DNA of 64,000 nt from Lama guanicoe (lineage: Eukaryota). The first letter of the stretch is position 1. Every line of letters begins with the position of its first letter. A program made the position numbers and the translations under genes. The stretch covers positions 8,161,214 to 8,225,213 of the forward strand of contig MU056000.1 in NCBI GenBank assembly GCA_013239625.1. Direction: 5' to 3'. The notes under the pieces are model-generated. The model was not told the origin of the DNA. It made no database searches and was given only the letters and a program-made list of their open reading frames with translations. Shown piece after piece: positions 25,781 through 38,411 of this stretch.

Positions 25781-28700
25781 TGGTTTCTCTGGTTCCCAGC
25801 ACTAGGAAGAAACAGAGCTGGAATTCCAACTCAGGCAGTCTGGCTTGGGAATCCACAATCTTAATCCTCCCTGCTTCCTAGGGAGACAGAAATGCAGAAC
25901 ATCCTCCTGGGAATTACAGATGCCACTTCTACGCGGGATGCTCTCCCCCACTGTTGCCGCGATAACGTCCTCCTCTTTTCTAGGGCACCAGTTCCCTTTC
26001 AGAGCAGGGGCTCTTGAAACCGTTGCCGATGCCAAAATGGAAAGCTGCTTCAGTGATAAGCCTGATTTCCAAGTAGATACCCAGTCAGTGTTTTAAATAA
26101 CATATTTTAGAAAGAATCCAGCAACTCAGCAACCACTTGTGACGCATTCTTTCTAATTACCATCGAACATTTGGTTCTCTGTAGACACTTTGCTGTCACC
26201 AAAATACTGCTATTTCATGCATGAGAACTTGCTTAGCAAAAATATTTTCAAAAAGAACCAGGACAGCTGTCAAAAATGATCATAACCTTTGCGATGTGAA
26301 GAATCCTGAAATAAGCTGTTGGGTATCTTTACGTGCGAAATGGAAGTCGGGTACAGCACTGGGATACTTAAAGCACATCTCATAACACAAAATACTATCT
26401 TGCACACACCCACACGCTGCTGTATAATGTCAGCAAAAACGCACTGCCTGTGTTATTTCGCATGATCGCGACAACCCCCATGGAGGGTAGCTAAGTAGGT
26501 ATTTTTACTCGCTTTCTCTCAGAAACGTTCTTCAAGGCTTGAACAGGTTTAAACAAGAATCTTGTATCACTATCAGGTGGCAAACTAGCTCCTGGACTAG
26601 TTCCCTCTAGAGAATCCTGTCCATTCTTCGTTTCTTGATGTCTCAGTGGTAGGAAGACTTTACGCAACGGTGTAGATGTGTCTGACCCGCATTTACAAGG
26701 ATATGTAAATATCAGAAACTGTATATACATGTATGCAGTAGTCTATACACACGATGTATGGTGTGAATTGATGCGAACTGATGTTCTGATATCTGTATCT
26801 ACATCTACTTAGCTACACTTACATCTAGATCTAGATTTTTTCTCTCTCCCACCAGCCTTTTTTTTGTGCGAAAAAATGGACTAATATGAAATATAGCCAA
26901 ATAAAGAGAAATATATCTTTTCACTCAGACAATTATTTTCACAGTTACTGGGTTTGAATTGCGGGCCTCCATGGCTTTGAACCACCTGCTTAGGGAACTG
27001 AAGCCTGACTTGCCATTTGGAAAACAGAGGGATTTGGTTAAGGCGTTGGGTGACATCAGCGCCTTTCAACCTAAGGTCTGCAGAGTCCTCAAGTTTCAAG
27101 TCTCGGGGTGACTGGGGTTCACGGGGAGGAGGTGAGATTCTAGGCATCAAGCAACTTAAAATGCCACCTCTCCGGGCTCAGATATAGACTGGACTTCTGA
27201 GGAAGATTTCACTAGAAATTCAAGATCAAAACACATGTGAAAGTCTCTGATCCTTAAGGCCACTTACAGTACTTGTAGTATTTTGTTGCCATTTAATGCC
27301 TTAAAGGGACACATTGATATTCACATTTACTGTGATCTTACACAGAATGACATCTTCACTCTCCACGCATCCGTATGAAATACAGAAAAGTAGTGTGTCA
27401 CAGCTTTAATGGAGCTGACAATCTAATTGCCTAGAAGTCATTGTTGCCTAACCATAATGTATATATATGTACAAGCAAGACTCTGACATAGCTGTTGCCC
27501 TACTTAGCTTAATTTAGGTTAACAATAAGTGCTCCACAGCAATGAAATTTCATTTAACAAAATACTAATCTTCTGACTTTATTCATCTGAATCAATGAGG
27601 TTTTACATAACATCTTATTTCAGAAGAGCAAACTACTATCTTAAGAATAATTTCGAATTTGGCTTGGCTAATTTTCTCTGTAAGCCTTCAGTATATGGAA
27701 AATGTTAAGGATCTGAAAAACATTAACCTAGGATAAATGCAGATTTGTAGTTGAGATAATTTAGATTTATAAATGTCTGAATTATTTTTTAAAAAACAAT
27801 TAAAAATACATAACATATAAAGAGTGTCAAATATCACAGTGATTCACATTTTTTATAACAAAGTTTGATGCAATTTGTGCTTAAAGAAAAATATTTAGAT
27901 TTAAAGGGTTGTTAATTCAATGTCCACCCTTCAGGAACAAAAGATCTATTTGTGGTTTTTAAGAATATATTTGTTTTCATAACATCCCGACAAGGAAGAT
28001 GCCAAACCTTCCAGCTGGTAATCAATAGTCATTGTTAATGATTAGGTGACTCCATGAATATTTTCTGACTCTGAAGAAGATGTGGGTTTGTTGCTACGTC
28101 ACCAAACATCATGGACCATCTGGCTAAAGAAAAGGACAAGTCTTCATTAGAAGCGAACATTTCTGAAAATCCATTTTACCAACAGCTATGAGTGCATTCA
28201 TCTCATTTGCAAAAGAAGGGAGCTTTCTGATCTGTAAATGCCTATTCTACCTCGTCTCAATCATGTGGGAGTGGTATTTTCAAAAGAAACGTGGATATGA
28301 AACAAATACAAAGAATTTTCAAAGAGATGCTGCCACCTTTTGGTTGCACTTCCATGAAGCTGACACTCACTCCTGAAAGCTTGCGAAGTCAGAAAAAGTC
28401 TCACTGAAATGATGGCAAACGTTTCAGAATCATAAGCAATTCCATGGTGGCCGTTTCCATTTCTTATTTAGAATGGCTCCCATTATTTTGGAAAGTTTCA
28501 GAAAGACTCATTGATAGGAAGTCATGTCTCCAAATGTTAATACAGCAGTAGAAAAGATCCACTTTAGAAATGGAGAAATGCTCCTTGTTTTATTGAGGTC
28601 AGACATATTAATGCTGTGCCATCATACCCATTGAGGCGATAAAAAGGAATTTTTATTCTACTGAAGGAAAGACCAGGAAAGATCACTTAATGCTTTCTGC

Positions 28701-31009
28701 GCTAGCATTCCATCGAGACTCCACGTCTCATTTCGTCAGTGGTTAGTTCTCATACTTGTGTAGATCTTTTTTACTAATCCCACTCTCCAAATAGAGTAGG
28801 GATCAAATCTCTCTTTTTTTACAAGTGCTTCACAATTTCTTTCATTCTTCAGGAGTTAATTTGTTTTCAGGCTGAAGCAGCACCTACTCCTAAGGAAAGA
28901 GTTTACCTCCTGGAGTCTAATCAATAATTACAAGAATAGGCCCCATGGTTTTTTAATGACTTCATTTAACTGACTCTGACTTGAAATCAGAAACCTTCTT
29001 TGAGTCTGATGGTTATATTTATTATTTATCAAAATATTTTAACAAGTTGAAATATTAATCATGGTATACTGAGTGTTCATTCTTTCACTTTAAAAACTGA
29101 ACCGTTGTCTTAAGGAATATTCAATAGCACTGTTGGTATTTACTGTCTTTTTTTGATTCCTTTGAAGTAATTATTCAAATCACTGACTTTGCATGCCAAA
29201 GATCTGAAGGGTTTCCAAACGCACCTGCAACCTAAAGGAACAGTACCCAACCACGTAAGCCATGGGCTAATTCCAAAGGACTCAAGGAAACTGAGATTTA
29301 GTCCAGTTTTACAATACCATCATTGACCTTGAACTGCCCTTCAGTGTACAGCCCAGAAGCAAGCTGAGACCATCACTGCCCCTTGCGGTCTGCAACACAG
29401 TGCTTCAGATCCTCTCACGGCACAGTGATGGGTGGATGCCCCAGGATGTCCCAGCCCCTCACTGGCTACTGCAGGTGCCAGGAGTCCGGGCAGAGCTTAC
29501 ACCCCTGGTTTCTGGACTTCTCTGAGTTCCTACTGCCACCTCTCTTCTGACTCACATAGACCAAGTCAGGAAGCTCAGCCCTAAAGTGACTTCTGCAATA
29601 GAATCTCATTCAAGTTCTAACTTCAGCCTCCCTTACTGAGGCCTGAAGAGGGCGGAGACACACAGAGCCCACTCCTAGCTCCTCCTCCGCCCTTCCTCCT
29701 CCACACATCTATTCCTCTGCCCCTCAACCCAATGGCCCCAAAATGCTTCTCCCCCAAGAGGAGCCATGAGGCCAACAATATCTCAAATCCTTTCCTATGA
29801 CGTTATTATAATTCCTCTCCTCTCCTCACTCCCCATCCTGCTTCATGGGCCCTCCTTACTCCCGTTATCAGGATTATTCCGAATTGAGAGCATTATATGA
29901 AACATCCTCACAATGCCTCCTTGTCTGTCTCTCCTTTCCGAGATGACAACAGCTCCATGACTAATCTGCCAAGGCTAATTTTTAAAGTTTATGTATCTAT
30001 TGCTGCTGTTGTAAGGCATGAAAAAATAGCAGGGACCGTGAAAGTGTGTGTGTTAACCTCAGGTCCATGAGGAACGAATAGGTTTCCGACACCCAGGTCC
30101 GGTTCAGCAGTCTTATTTCCCTAGCCGGCAGGTACTGCCCATGCCCGGTTATCAAATAGGTCCGGTTAGAACTGCTGAGCGTATGTTTGGTTTTCATGCT
30201 AGCCCTGACTCAGGTCATCAGTGTTTTACTGTAGGATTTCTTCATGGGGCCAGAACCATCAGAGCTGTTCTTTCGCCCCGTGATGCATAAAATAGGGTTG
30301 TCCTGTGGAAGCAGCCGCTGGCTATGCTGCATTCCATCAGAAAATGCATTCAGGGTTTTCAGAGTCTCCTACCCCCAACCCCTAAGTTAGGAACTTAGCT
30401 GAGCTTCAGATCTGCATGATACACGTGGGAGAGGTCTATGCAGACTGGGAGGACACGGAATTCTCTGACTACTGTCAGTAAAGGGAACTCACCACAGACA
30501 GAAGCCTCTGTTTAGGTGCTAGAGTCCTCTGCTCAGCCAGTTGTTCCGAATTCCAAACTCATTTTCCCGCAGAGACGGTGCCATGCCTGACCATGAGCTC
30601 CGTGCCCCACCCACAGCATCACTGTCCCCCTGTCTAAGCGCACTGTCTGGACTGCCCTAAGCAGAAGGAGTGACACGGGCTCTAGGATGCTGGCCAGGGC
30701 TGGAGAGCGGGCAGGGGAGAGGACAGACCGCCGCCCTGTGCTGGACGCCTGAGCTGGACCCCTCGAGCACTGCGCCCAATCCTTCGCATCCACTCCTCCA
30801 ACGCGGTCAGAGTGAGGGAGCACAGACGTGGTAAACACATACCCGGAGGAGCCAAGGGGGAAGGACGGAGAGCTGGGGCTCACTTGTGCTTGTCTGCCTA
30901 TGTCTCTAAACTTGTGAACCCAGTACCTTTGAAAAGAGGGACGTCCCCCTCCAGGTTTGAATTCTTTTCGCTCACTCATTAGAAAACTAGCTTTTTTCAG
31001 TCACAGGCT

Positions 31010-31450
31010 GAGTGCTTCCAATGCAAAGGAGAACAAAGATGTCACTTCTGCTTCAATGACACTTTTTATCTAATGTGAAAGGTCAGATCACATAAAGAAC
31101 TATGTAGATAAAAATTATGATGGGATATGAAGGAAGTGATTGGGTGCCCCGAGCTTAAGGAGGGCTGTGTTAGAGTAGGTGGTCAGTGAAGGCCACTGTG
31201 GGAGTAACATTTAAGCTGAGACAGGAAGGATAAGTAGATGCCCAGGAGACGGGGAACTATGGGTAGCGTAGAGGGTACGGTGTGTACAAAGGCCGTGAGG
31301 CACAAGAGAACTTGGTGCATTTTAGAAGATGGGGAAGATCTGCTAGAGGCAGAGAGTGGGGGAGGAATGGCAAGGGGAAAGTCTGTAAAAGCAGGCAGGG
31401 GTAAGCGAAGGAGTATCTTGAAAGGGCAGAAGAAATTTTTATTAGGAAGT
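31010..31450 (-). mobile_element. L2 fragment
   Basis: ggtcagtgaaggccactgtgggagtaacatttaagctgagacaggaagg..gtacaaaggccgtgaggcacaagagaacttgg. Confidence 0.7.
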
Positions 31451-31639
31451 AAGATAGGTGACCCGTGCTAGATCTATGGGTGGTGTATTTTAGACATTGA
31501 TTTGTATGTGTGAATTACCCATAAATCTACTTTTATATCTGAAACCACCCATAAATCGAGCAAGAAAAATGAATGACACACTTGTATAATATTATAAGAA
31601 AATGGTTTGATGATAAATTAGATTATCTTCCAGCAAATC

Positions 31640-31970
31640 GGAGGCCCTCCCACCCTCCTGCAGTGGAGCAGGCTTCGCGCCCCGCTGACTTCGAGCGAGG
31701 CTGAGGGACTCGATTCAGTTGATGGGATGGAACCAAACGGTATGGGATGTGAGCATCAGAGGGAGGGGGGATCCCATGAGAGAAGGTCACGCCCCTTCAT
31801 CCTGGGCCCAGAATGACCACACACCACTCTGATCTGCCAGCAAACTGCACACACCCTACTTCACGAGTTATGTGCACAACAGCAAGTGTGCAAATAAATG
31901 CTTGGCATTATCGGACACTGGGCTCTGGGGTGGTTCATTATGCAGTTTTGTGGCAGCAATAGAAAACATT
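31640..31970 (+). mobile_element. Old MLT1-type MaLR LTR
   Basis: cctgggcccagaatga..aataaatgcttg..cactgggctctggggtggttcattatgcag..gcagcaatag. Confidence 0.65.
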
Positions 31971-32859
31971 AAAAAGAGCCTTAACATTAAAAATTGCTCT
32001 CATCACTCCCCCAAACATACAGGCACACTTGCACTTGCAAACACACAGAAACACACACACACGCACACACACAGATTTGCTAGGCACCAGACTTGACTAT
32101 AGAAGAAGCAACAGAGAAATGATGTCTAGGAGGCTAAGCAGATGTGAGCCATCATTCTTGACTCTACCGCTAAATGATGGCTGGTGAGGCCATGACTTTG
32201 AGTTAAACCCGCCTGCTACTACCAGCTCTGCTCTGGGCTTCATTATAAACCCACTGTATAGAATATTTCAGATTTTCAGCAATTTTTTTTTCACTCAAGA
32301 AAGGAAGGATATCAGTGAAATGCAACGGCAAAGGAGGACCGCATTGAGCAGCTGCACATACATGATCTCAGTTTCCAGCTTAGGGAAATCTCCGTCTTTT
32401 CTAGCATGTGTCTTTACAGCCAATAAGATGCTTGCACTTAAAGCTATTACACTGCTCCCTTGAGTATAGTTGGGGGATTTTTATGTTGCTATAATGCTTC
32501 CCGCCTCTTAAGGGTTTTTTGAAGCAAATCTTTTAACCGTGAACTTTTACTGCATAGACTCCAGGATGACATTGAAAGGCACCTAAAAGAGAGAAAACTG
32601 CATTGATATATTTGGTCATTGCATTAATTGCTGCACCAGTCTAAGTTCTAGATGTGATTTTTTCTTAATTATCTGATGGCTCTTAAACATTCTCATATCC
32701 TAAGAAGGTAAATACATTAAAATACAGAATTCATGAAATCTGGAGTCCTTTCCACTGTGCTGGGAGTTCTTCAAACAGGACAGTTAAATTTCTTGTTCTC
32801 AGATACATGGGTTTGCAGAACATTAGAGTTGAAATAGGCTTCAGAACTCCTCTAACCTA

Positions 32860-33031
32860 GTGCAAATTTTGTGGGTCATCCTTTGAGGATCTAGTGAAAC
32901 CAATGAAATGCCTCCCCAGAAAAAATTTCAAATGAAAATGTGATACATACTTACAGGGAGTTCAGACTATTCTAAAACCCATCTATGGACAGACACCTCG
33001 TGACTTCACGGTCTCCAGAATAAGAGCTCTG
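32860..33031. mobile_element. hAT-Charlie MER-type DNA transposon fossil
   Basis: gggtcatccctttgaggatctagtgaaaccaatg..ccccagaaaaa..cccatctatggac..aataagagctctg. Confidence 0.55.
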
Positions 33032-33214
33032 ACCTTGTCTATATTCTAGATGAGAATCATTTTTCCTGTCCTCTCCATCTAGCTCTCCGCTGCCCTGCAG
33101 TGACGGACCAAAGCCTGGAGAGAGGTTGGATCACTGCAGGACTACTGTTCACCAACTTGCTTCTCATCTACTTGCAACTTTCGGAAGCATTTGGAGAGGA
33201 AAGGATTATGCTGT

Positions 33215-33700
33215 GGTGTAGCCATCACCCACCTTTCAAAAACTGTCAACATCTGGTCACCCTGTTTCATCTGTTCCCCCTCCTTCACTTTTTCAGCTGA
33301 AGCGTTTTAAAACAAACCCATGGCATCTTACTGTTTCATCCATGAAATCTGTAATGCACGTGTCCAGACAGTAAGGATATACCATTACCCTGATTCGTAG
33401 AAATTCCCAGATCCAACAGCAACCTCTCTTATCATCTGATTCCAAATTCATATTAAAATTTCTCATCCTGAAGATTTTTTAAACAGTTGGTTTGTTCAAA
33501 TCAGGATCCAAAATATTTGCATATTTAATTTGCTTGTTCTATCTCTTAAATGTCTTGTATTTTAATAGCCCCTTTCTGAGTTCTCTTTTTATTGATTTCT
33601 TTTAAAAAAGAATTTTTTTTTCTTGAAGAATCTCCCACATTCTGGATTTGGCCACTAACTCCCTTATACTCCCACTGAATTTGTTCTATCATCCTGCAGT
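33215..33700 (-). mobile_element. Old L1MC/ME 3' UTR fragment
   Basis: ttttaaacagttggtttgttcaaatcaggatccaaa..ctcccacattctggatttg. Confidence 0.7.
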
Positions 33701-36045
33701 GGATGCCCTAAAATTAGAAAGAGGTGATCTTTATTTTTTGCTTTATTCTGTTTAACCTCAAAGGGAGCAATAGTCTATGAGAATCCTGTTAATCTGTGGA
33801 GAGTCGGAATTATGGAAGACGTGTTTTCATCTTTCAATCTGAACTTCCCTCCTCTCTTTTCTAATATAAGTGCTTTCATTATTTCTCTGAGTCATTACTC
33901 TTCTAAGAAACAGACCTTTCCTGATAAAGCAGCTCTCTTTTTCCTGCATGGATTCTGTCTGAAGAGCAGGGAGGTTGTAATCAAGTGTATTCCAAATCTC
34001 GCACTGAGACAATACGCATGGAAGTGTCTGGTACAGTTCCCAACAAATGGCCAGATCTTAAATGTTGGTTGAAGCTAAATTGAAATAAAACTCATTGATC
34101 AGTCCCAATAACTATACATCAGTTATTAAAATAAATCATCAGTTTCTGGATTGAGGAAAACAACGCATCATACATAAACCAAGATATTCTCTGTATTGAC
34201 AATGGAATAAAAATACCCCTTCCCATTCTTCGTTAGGGTGTCAACTTCTAGGGAGTTCTGTGCTTATCTGGTATCAAAAACTGATGCTCAAACCAAATAA
34301 ACAATTTAAAAAATACCCTGAAACGTCTGAATACTCAATAAACTTAGGTAGGCAAAAAAGTATCCTAAGTCAGTTCATATCTTACCGTTGCAGGAAAAAT
34401 GAAAACTCCACATACTTATCACCAGTCACTGCAAATATCACCTGGCTTACTCCTCCAAGAGCTGCATATTCTAACATAAATATTGAACACCAGGTGGTGA
34501 AGTATGTGGTGTGAAACGCATCTCAAAGTAGACTATGTTCTTATCTGAAGAACATAAACAGAATTGATTTTTTTTTTGGTACTCTCCCAGGTAGACTTAA
34601 AATCTGATACTCAGAGAAAACTAAGGGTTATTATTATAACTTACATAAACAAAACCTAATGAGCCCTGATGTGAGGATGGCATCTAGCAGAACACAAGCA
34701 GGTCAGCCTTCAGCACCTCTTAATTTGCAATTAATCAACCACTGCCTTCTAATATCTCTTCCACTGAATTTTCTTGTTGTTCATCTTTTTTGCACATCCC
34801 AAGCATATTTCGAAACTCCTGAAAAGCAGAGGCTACTCCAGCAGAGCCACTGAAGGAAACAAGTTTACCCGATCATTCATTCTTTCATTAGACAACTTGT
34901 TAAAACACCATGGTTACATGCTCAGCCAATGTGACAGGAAAGAATAAAACAAAAATCATAGTTCTTGTCCTCAATAGACTGACTTCTTTGAAGCCCTCTT
35001 CAACCCATTCCTGGGAACCGGGGAGAAGCCCCAGAGCTTCCTGTACAAGGCAGGGTCCTCCGTGATGGACTCTTCCCTGAGAAGACCCCCTGCTGCCCCA
35101 GAAGGAGAACGAGCTTTCCCATCTGTGCTTCTGGCAAGAGCCCCCACTCCTTGCCAGTAAAGAGTGACTGCCAGGCCTCTCACCTGACCAAGGACCATTC
35201 AAGAACAGCAAAAGCAGAAACCACGGAAGCCCTGTCTCTGAACACAGACAGAGCCTTAGAACCCAATTTGAAAGTCACCGTTACACTCATGGGTTCCATA
35301 ATTCAACAAATACTCGTTACACAACTGCCATGTGCTGGGCAGTCCTTTAGGTGCTAGCCAGCCAGGGCGGAACAAACTGACACCTTTCTTCAAAGAAAGT
35401 GAACTCAAGGAGTCTTGCGGGGGAAGCCGAGTCTTACACAAGCCATAATAAACCAGTAGCGCTGGCGGACGGCTGCTTTGAACTAGGGGATAGAAGACTG
35501 GTCAAGGGATGTAGTAACAGCTGTGCTGGCTGTGGGACCTGAACAGTGGCTGGACTAGCTACTCAGCTACTGCATGAAGCGGTACAGACCATTCGTGGCT
35601 GTGGATGACTTATAAACCAAACACGGATGAGATACAAATAAATCATATGTATGTACAATGAGACTCTTCAAAAAAAAAATACTCCATCCTTGCCTCCCAC
35701 ATCCTCCAGGCCAGCACTCCCAGCCTCACTACCACCATCCACCTTCATGACCATGTGGGGTAACCTCTGTGTGCTTCCATCCCTGTTCACACCAGTCACC
35801 ACGGGAAGCCCAGGAACCCGGGTCCCCATCAGCTCCCAGACCATCATCCTCAGGAGGCTTTGCACATCTTTTAGTCTAAGTCCATCTTCCACCCTCATCA
35901 ACCCCTGGAACCTTTCCACTGTGTTCTCTGCCACTGTGTCTTGTCTTCGTGGAGGGACAAAGAAGGAAGCTCTCAGTCCCAAAGGAGCATATTTTAAAAA
36001 TCATGAAAGAGGAGGCCTTGAAATATTGACAGAAATTTCACCGTC

Positions 36046-36356
36046 AGAAATTGAGGCAGCATGTTGGCAATTATAAAAAATGTTGCTGTTAATATCAGGT
36101 GTATGTATCTTTTTTGAGTTAATTCTTCTTTTGTGGTTGGCTTTATTCCTTTGATAACTATGTAAGTTTAAAAAGCCAAAACCCTAAATGTTCTTGGAAA
36201 CAATGAGCAGTACACAGACGCAAATTAAAAAATGCGTGCAGTATATTGTGTGTATGTATTTACAGGCAATATATTGTATATGTGCAGTCAAATTGTAACA
36301 ATTCTGCCTTACAAAACTGCTAAACGAAAAAAAAAAAAAGAAATTGAGGCAGCATG
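36046..36356 (+). mobile_element. L1-mediated orphan insertion (3' transduction or retrocopied transcript end) with poly(A) and 18-bp TSD
   Basis: Perfect repeat agaaattgaggcagcatg at 36046-36063 and 36339-36356; poly(A) at 36327-36338 directly before the second copy. Confidence 0.9.
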
Positions 36357-37859
36357 CTTCTCACACAAAGGAAATTCAACAAATCGAGGGCAGAAGTGCC
36401 TGATCTGTATTTTAACATCAAACATGAGCCCTAATAAAAGCTTCAGTAATGTTGGTAGTTAAGCGTATGAAAATTTAATTGTCATCTAGATTATTATATT
36501 CACATTAGAAACAGTATCATTGAATGAAATGGTATATAGCCACAGAAACAAGCCTAAAGATTGCAGTGGGGGAGTATTTATGACTTCAGAGGGGTCAGCT
36601 TGCATCTGGGCCCTCAGCATTTTCGGACAGCCGTCTGTCCCTGCAGCAGTCACACAAAGGCAGCCTGCAAATTCACGTGCCACGCAGGGAGAGCACAGCT
36701 CACCGCCTTATCACCTCTCCTAGACTGTGAGTACCCGCACAAGGTAAGGGGAGGTTTTCATGCTTCATGAGAGCTGTCAGTCTTAGTTTCTTGCCTTATA
36801 CTACTTGACAAAAACACGCTGTGGCTCTCAGCTCTTTACATCTGGGCTGTTACATTTCCCTGGGGAATACTGCCTTCAATTGAGAGATCAATTGCCGAAG
36901 TGACCCCAAACTGTCATAGGTGACTTCTTTAAGATTTTTATATTATTACTCTAAATTTCTGTTTTCTGGCTTTGCTTTTGGGTGAATTTAAAAGCTGTCA
37001 ACCACGTGGTAATATGATTCCAAAAATAAACAAATAATTTATGCATCTTTGTTAGAAATTCAAATGGCACCAGGAAGTACCTGACGATGTTGTTCGTATT
37101 CAAAAGCAACAGATCCCAGCTGGTTTATTAACCTCACACAAAGACAGCTTTAGCCATGAGAGCCAAGACACAAAAAGCTTTCTCCCAAACTCCAGACAAG
37201 CCAGAGAGAGTTGAAGATCTCAACATATTTTGCAAACAGTTTCGGCATTATTTTTCTTTCCGTAAACTGACTTTATAGGTGCTTGTACCTCCACAATGCC
37301 TGTCCATGTCTTGTGACAATTACTTATGGAACAAGTATGGATGCTATCATGAATAGAACCTAAGTACGTTCTTCTCTACCTCCTTTTCCAAACTCTGATC
37401 CTGGGAGTGGGAGCCATTGAGAGAGTAACACAATGTGGAAATCACTCACAGAGAAAAAATTCTGCCTGAATTACATCAAATCAGTATTTCCATTTAAATG
37501 CCTTTACTATTATTTCATCCTGAAAGATAGTTATCAAAGCACAAAAGGTATGAATGAGAGTACAAGAGAATCATTACATTTACACCTGACATTCCCTGGA
37601 AGGTAAATGTTTGGTCGCCATTCGTAACTTTTACGTGTGAACAGGATTAACTACAGAGAGTGCAGACAGAGCATGTGCTACTCCCACAGCAACTCCCACC
37701 CTCTCTGCGGGACCATTTCCACTCCTTGGATAAAATCACAGGTGGGTGGTCCCTGTCATCTCCTCCTCCTCCTCCTCTTCCTACTCATTCTCATTCCTAG
37801 GTCTATCCTTTTTCTTATCCTTATGTTGATTATTCAGATGATAATTTTAGAAGTCCTAT

Positions 37860-38411
37860 TGAGACAGGAAGGAAGGGGGGCAGGGCATAACCATGGAAAG
37901 AATGACATGGTCATTGAGGAAAAACAGGATAGAACAAAGACTGATCAGAACCAACTAGGACCAAGATGGTGGAAGATCTGACTTTCTGTAACCTTGAGCC
38001 TCATTACACGCTCATTGTAATACATCAGCATGCTAAATGGCACACCCACAGGTGCTCTGAGAGGTCCAAGGCTGACCATTAAAGGCCAGAAAGTGAGCGG
38101 CAGCCCAATTCCTGGGAATCCCCGCCCCTTCCCCAAAATGGTTGGAATAACCCTCCCACTTGTTAGCACAAGAAATGACCCAGCCCATAAACACCATACC
38201 CCCTCCACACCCCCCGCGGCTGCTCTCACTTTCCGACATGATCTGCGTTTTGGCTATGGGACGGGTATCTCTCTCAATAAAACTACTTTCGTTTTACTTT
38301 TGCTCGGTCTCGAGTTCTTCCCTACATGAAGCCAAGGATGCTCACTCGGTGGTCCATTCCAGGGGCTCACGCACACCCGCCTGGGACATGGTATTCCCTC
38401 CTCCTGCAACA
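37860..38411 (+). mobile_element. ERV1 solo LTR, MER41-like
   Basis: TG..CA termini (tgagacagg..ctcctgcaaca); MER41-like core cctcattacacgctcattgtaatacatcagcatgctaaa..cacccac; AATAAA at 38276-38281; 4-bp flanks ctat/ctgt. Confidence 0.85.

Noticed and set aside
26670..26810. Imperfect inverted repeat, possible miRNA or MITE hairpin
   Set aside because: Arms are short, interrupted and low-complexity, and the loop is too large.
35651..36076. Overlapping ORFs on both strands, possible retrogene
   Set aside because: No recognisable parent protein, and no TSD or poly(A) bracketing this segment.
36705..36750. 20-nt micro-exon candidate (ctcctag|..caag|gtaagg)
   Set aside because: Resembles an L2 3' end remnant (ctagactgtgag) and has no other support.
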